A stretch of DNA of 33,897 bases, from positions 190,392,247 through 190,426,143 of the forward strand of contig NC_068982.1 of the NCBI RefSeq assembly GCF_001194135.2, read 5' to 3'. The DNA comes from Octopus bimaculoides (Eukaryota). Shown here in pieces: positions 33,806-33,897 of the stretch. A program made the translations under genes and the position numbers. The first letter of the stretch is position 1; the number at the start of each line of letters is the position of its first letter. The notes under the pieces were generated by a model. The model had not been told where the DNA came from. It saw only the letters and a program-made list of their open reading frames with translations, and searched no databases.

Positions 33806-33897
33806 TATTATACCTCCGGTGTTCGAGTACTATTTGTTCTGCCTTGTTTCACATTTATGTCCTTACTCTGGTGTGTGAGTGTGTGTGTGTGTGTGTG

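Overview
AT-rich, repeat-dense eukaryotic DNA with 10 assembly gaps (about 3.6 kb of N). The SINE families, the R4/Dong, HERO, Tx1, RTE, CR1-like and Penelope retroelement remnants, and the dense microsatellites look like an Octopus-type cephalopod genome (recognised from memory, not from a search). I find no intact host protein-coding gene, only a few candidate small exons, and most ORF-track entries are N-run or microsatellite artefacts. Main points of interest: (1) an R4/Dong lineage whose three independent 5' junctions and two 3' ends abut (CATA)n, alongside a second Dong family sitting in (AAT)n; (2) an ORF1-only 'half-LINE' that shares its 3' terminal motif with a Tx1-type ORF2 element in the same window; (3) CR1-like LINE 3' ends sharing a 60-nt tail, with a covarying hairpin, with the dominant SINE; (4) hammerhead-ribozyme-like motifs in three unrelated retroelement ends; (5) several long fold-back elements. 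All alignments and translations were done by eye.
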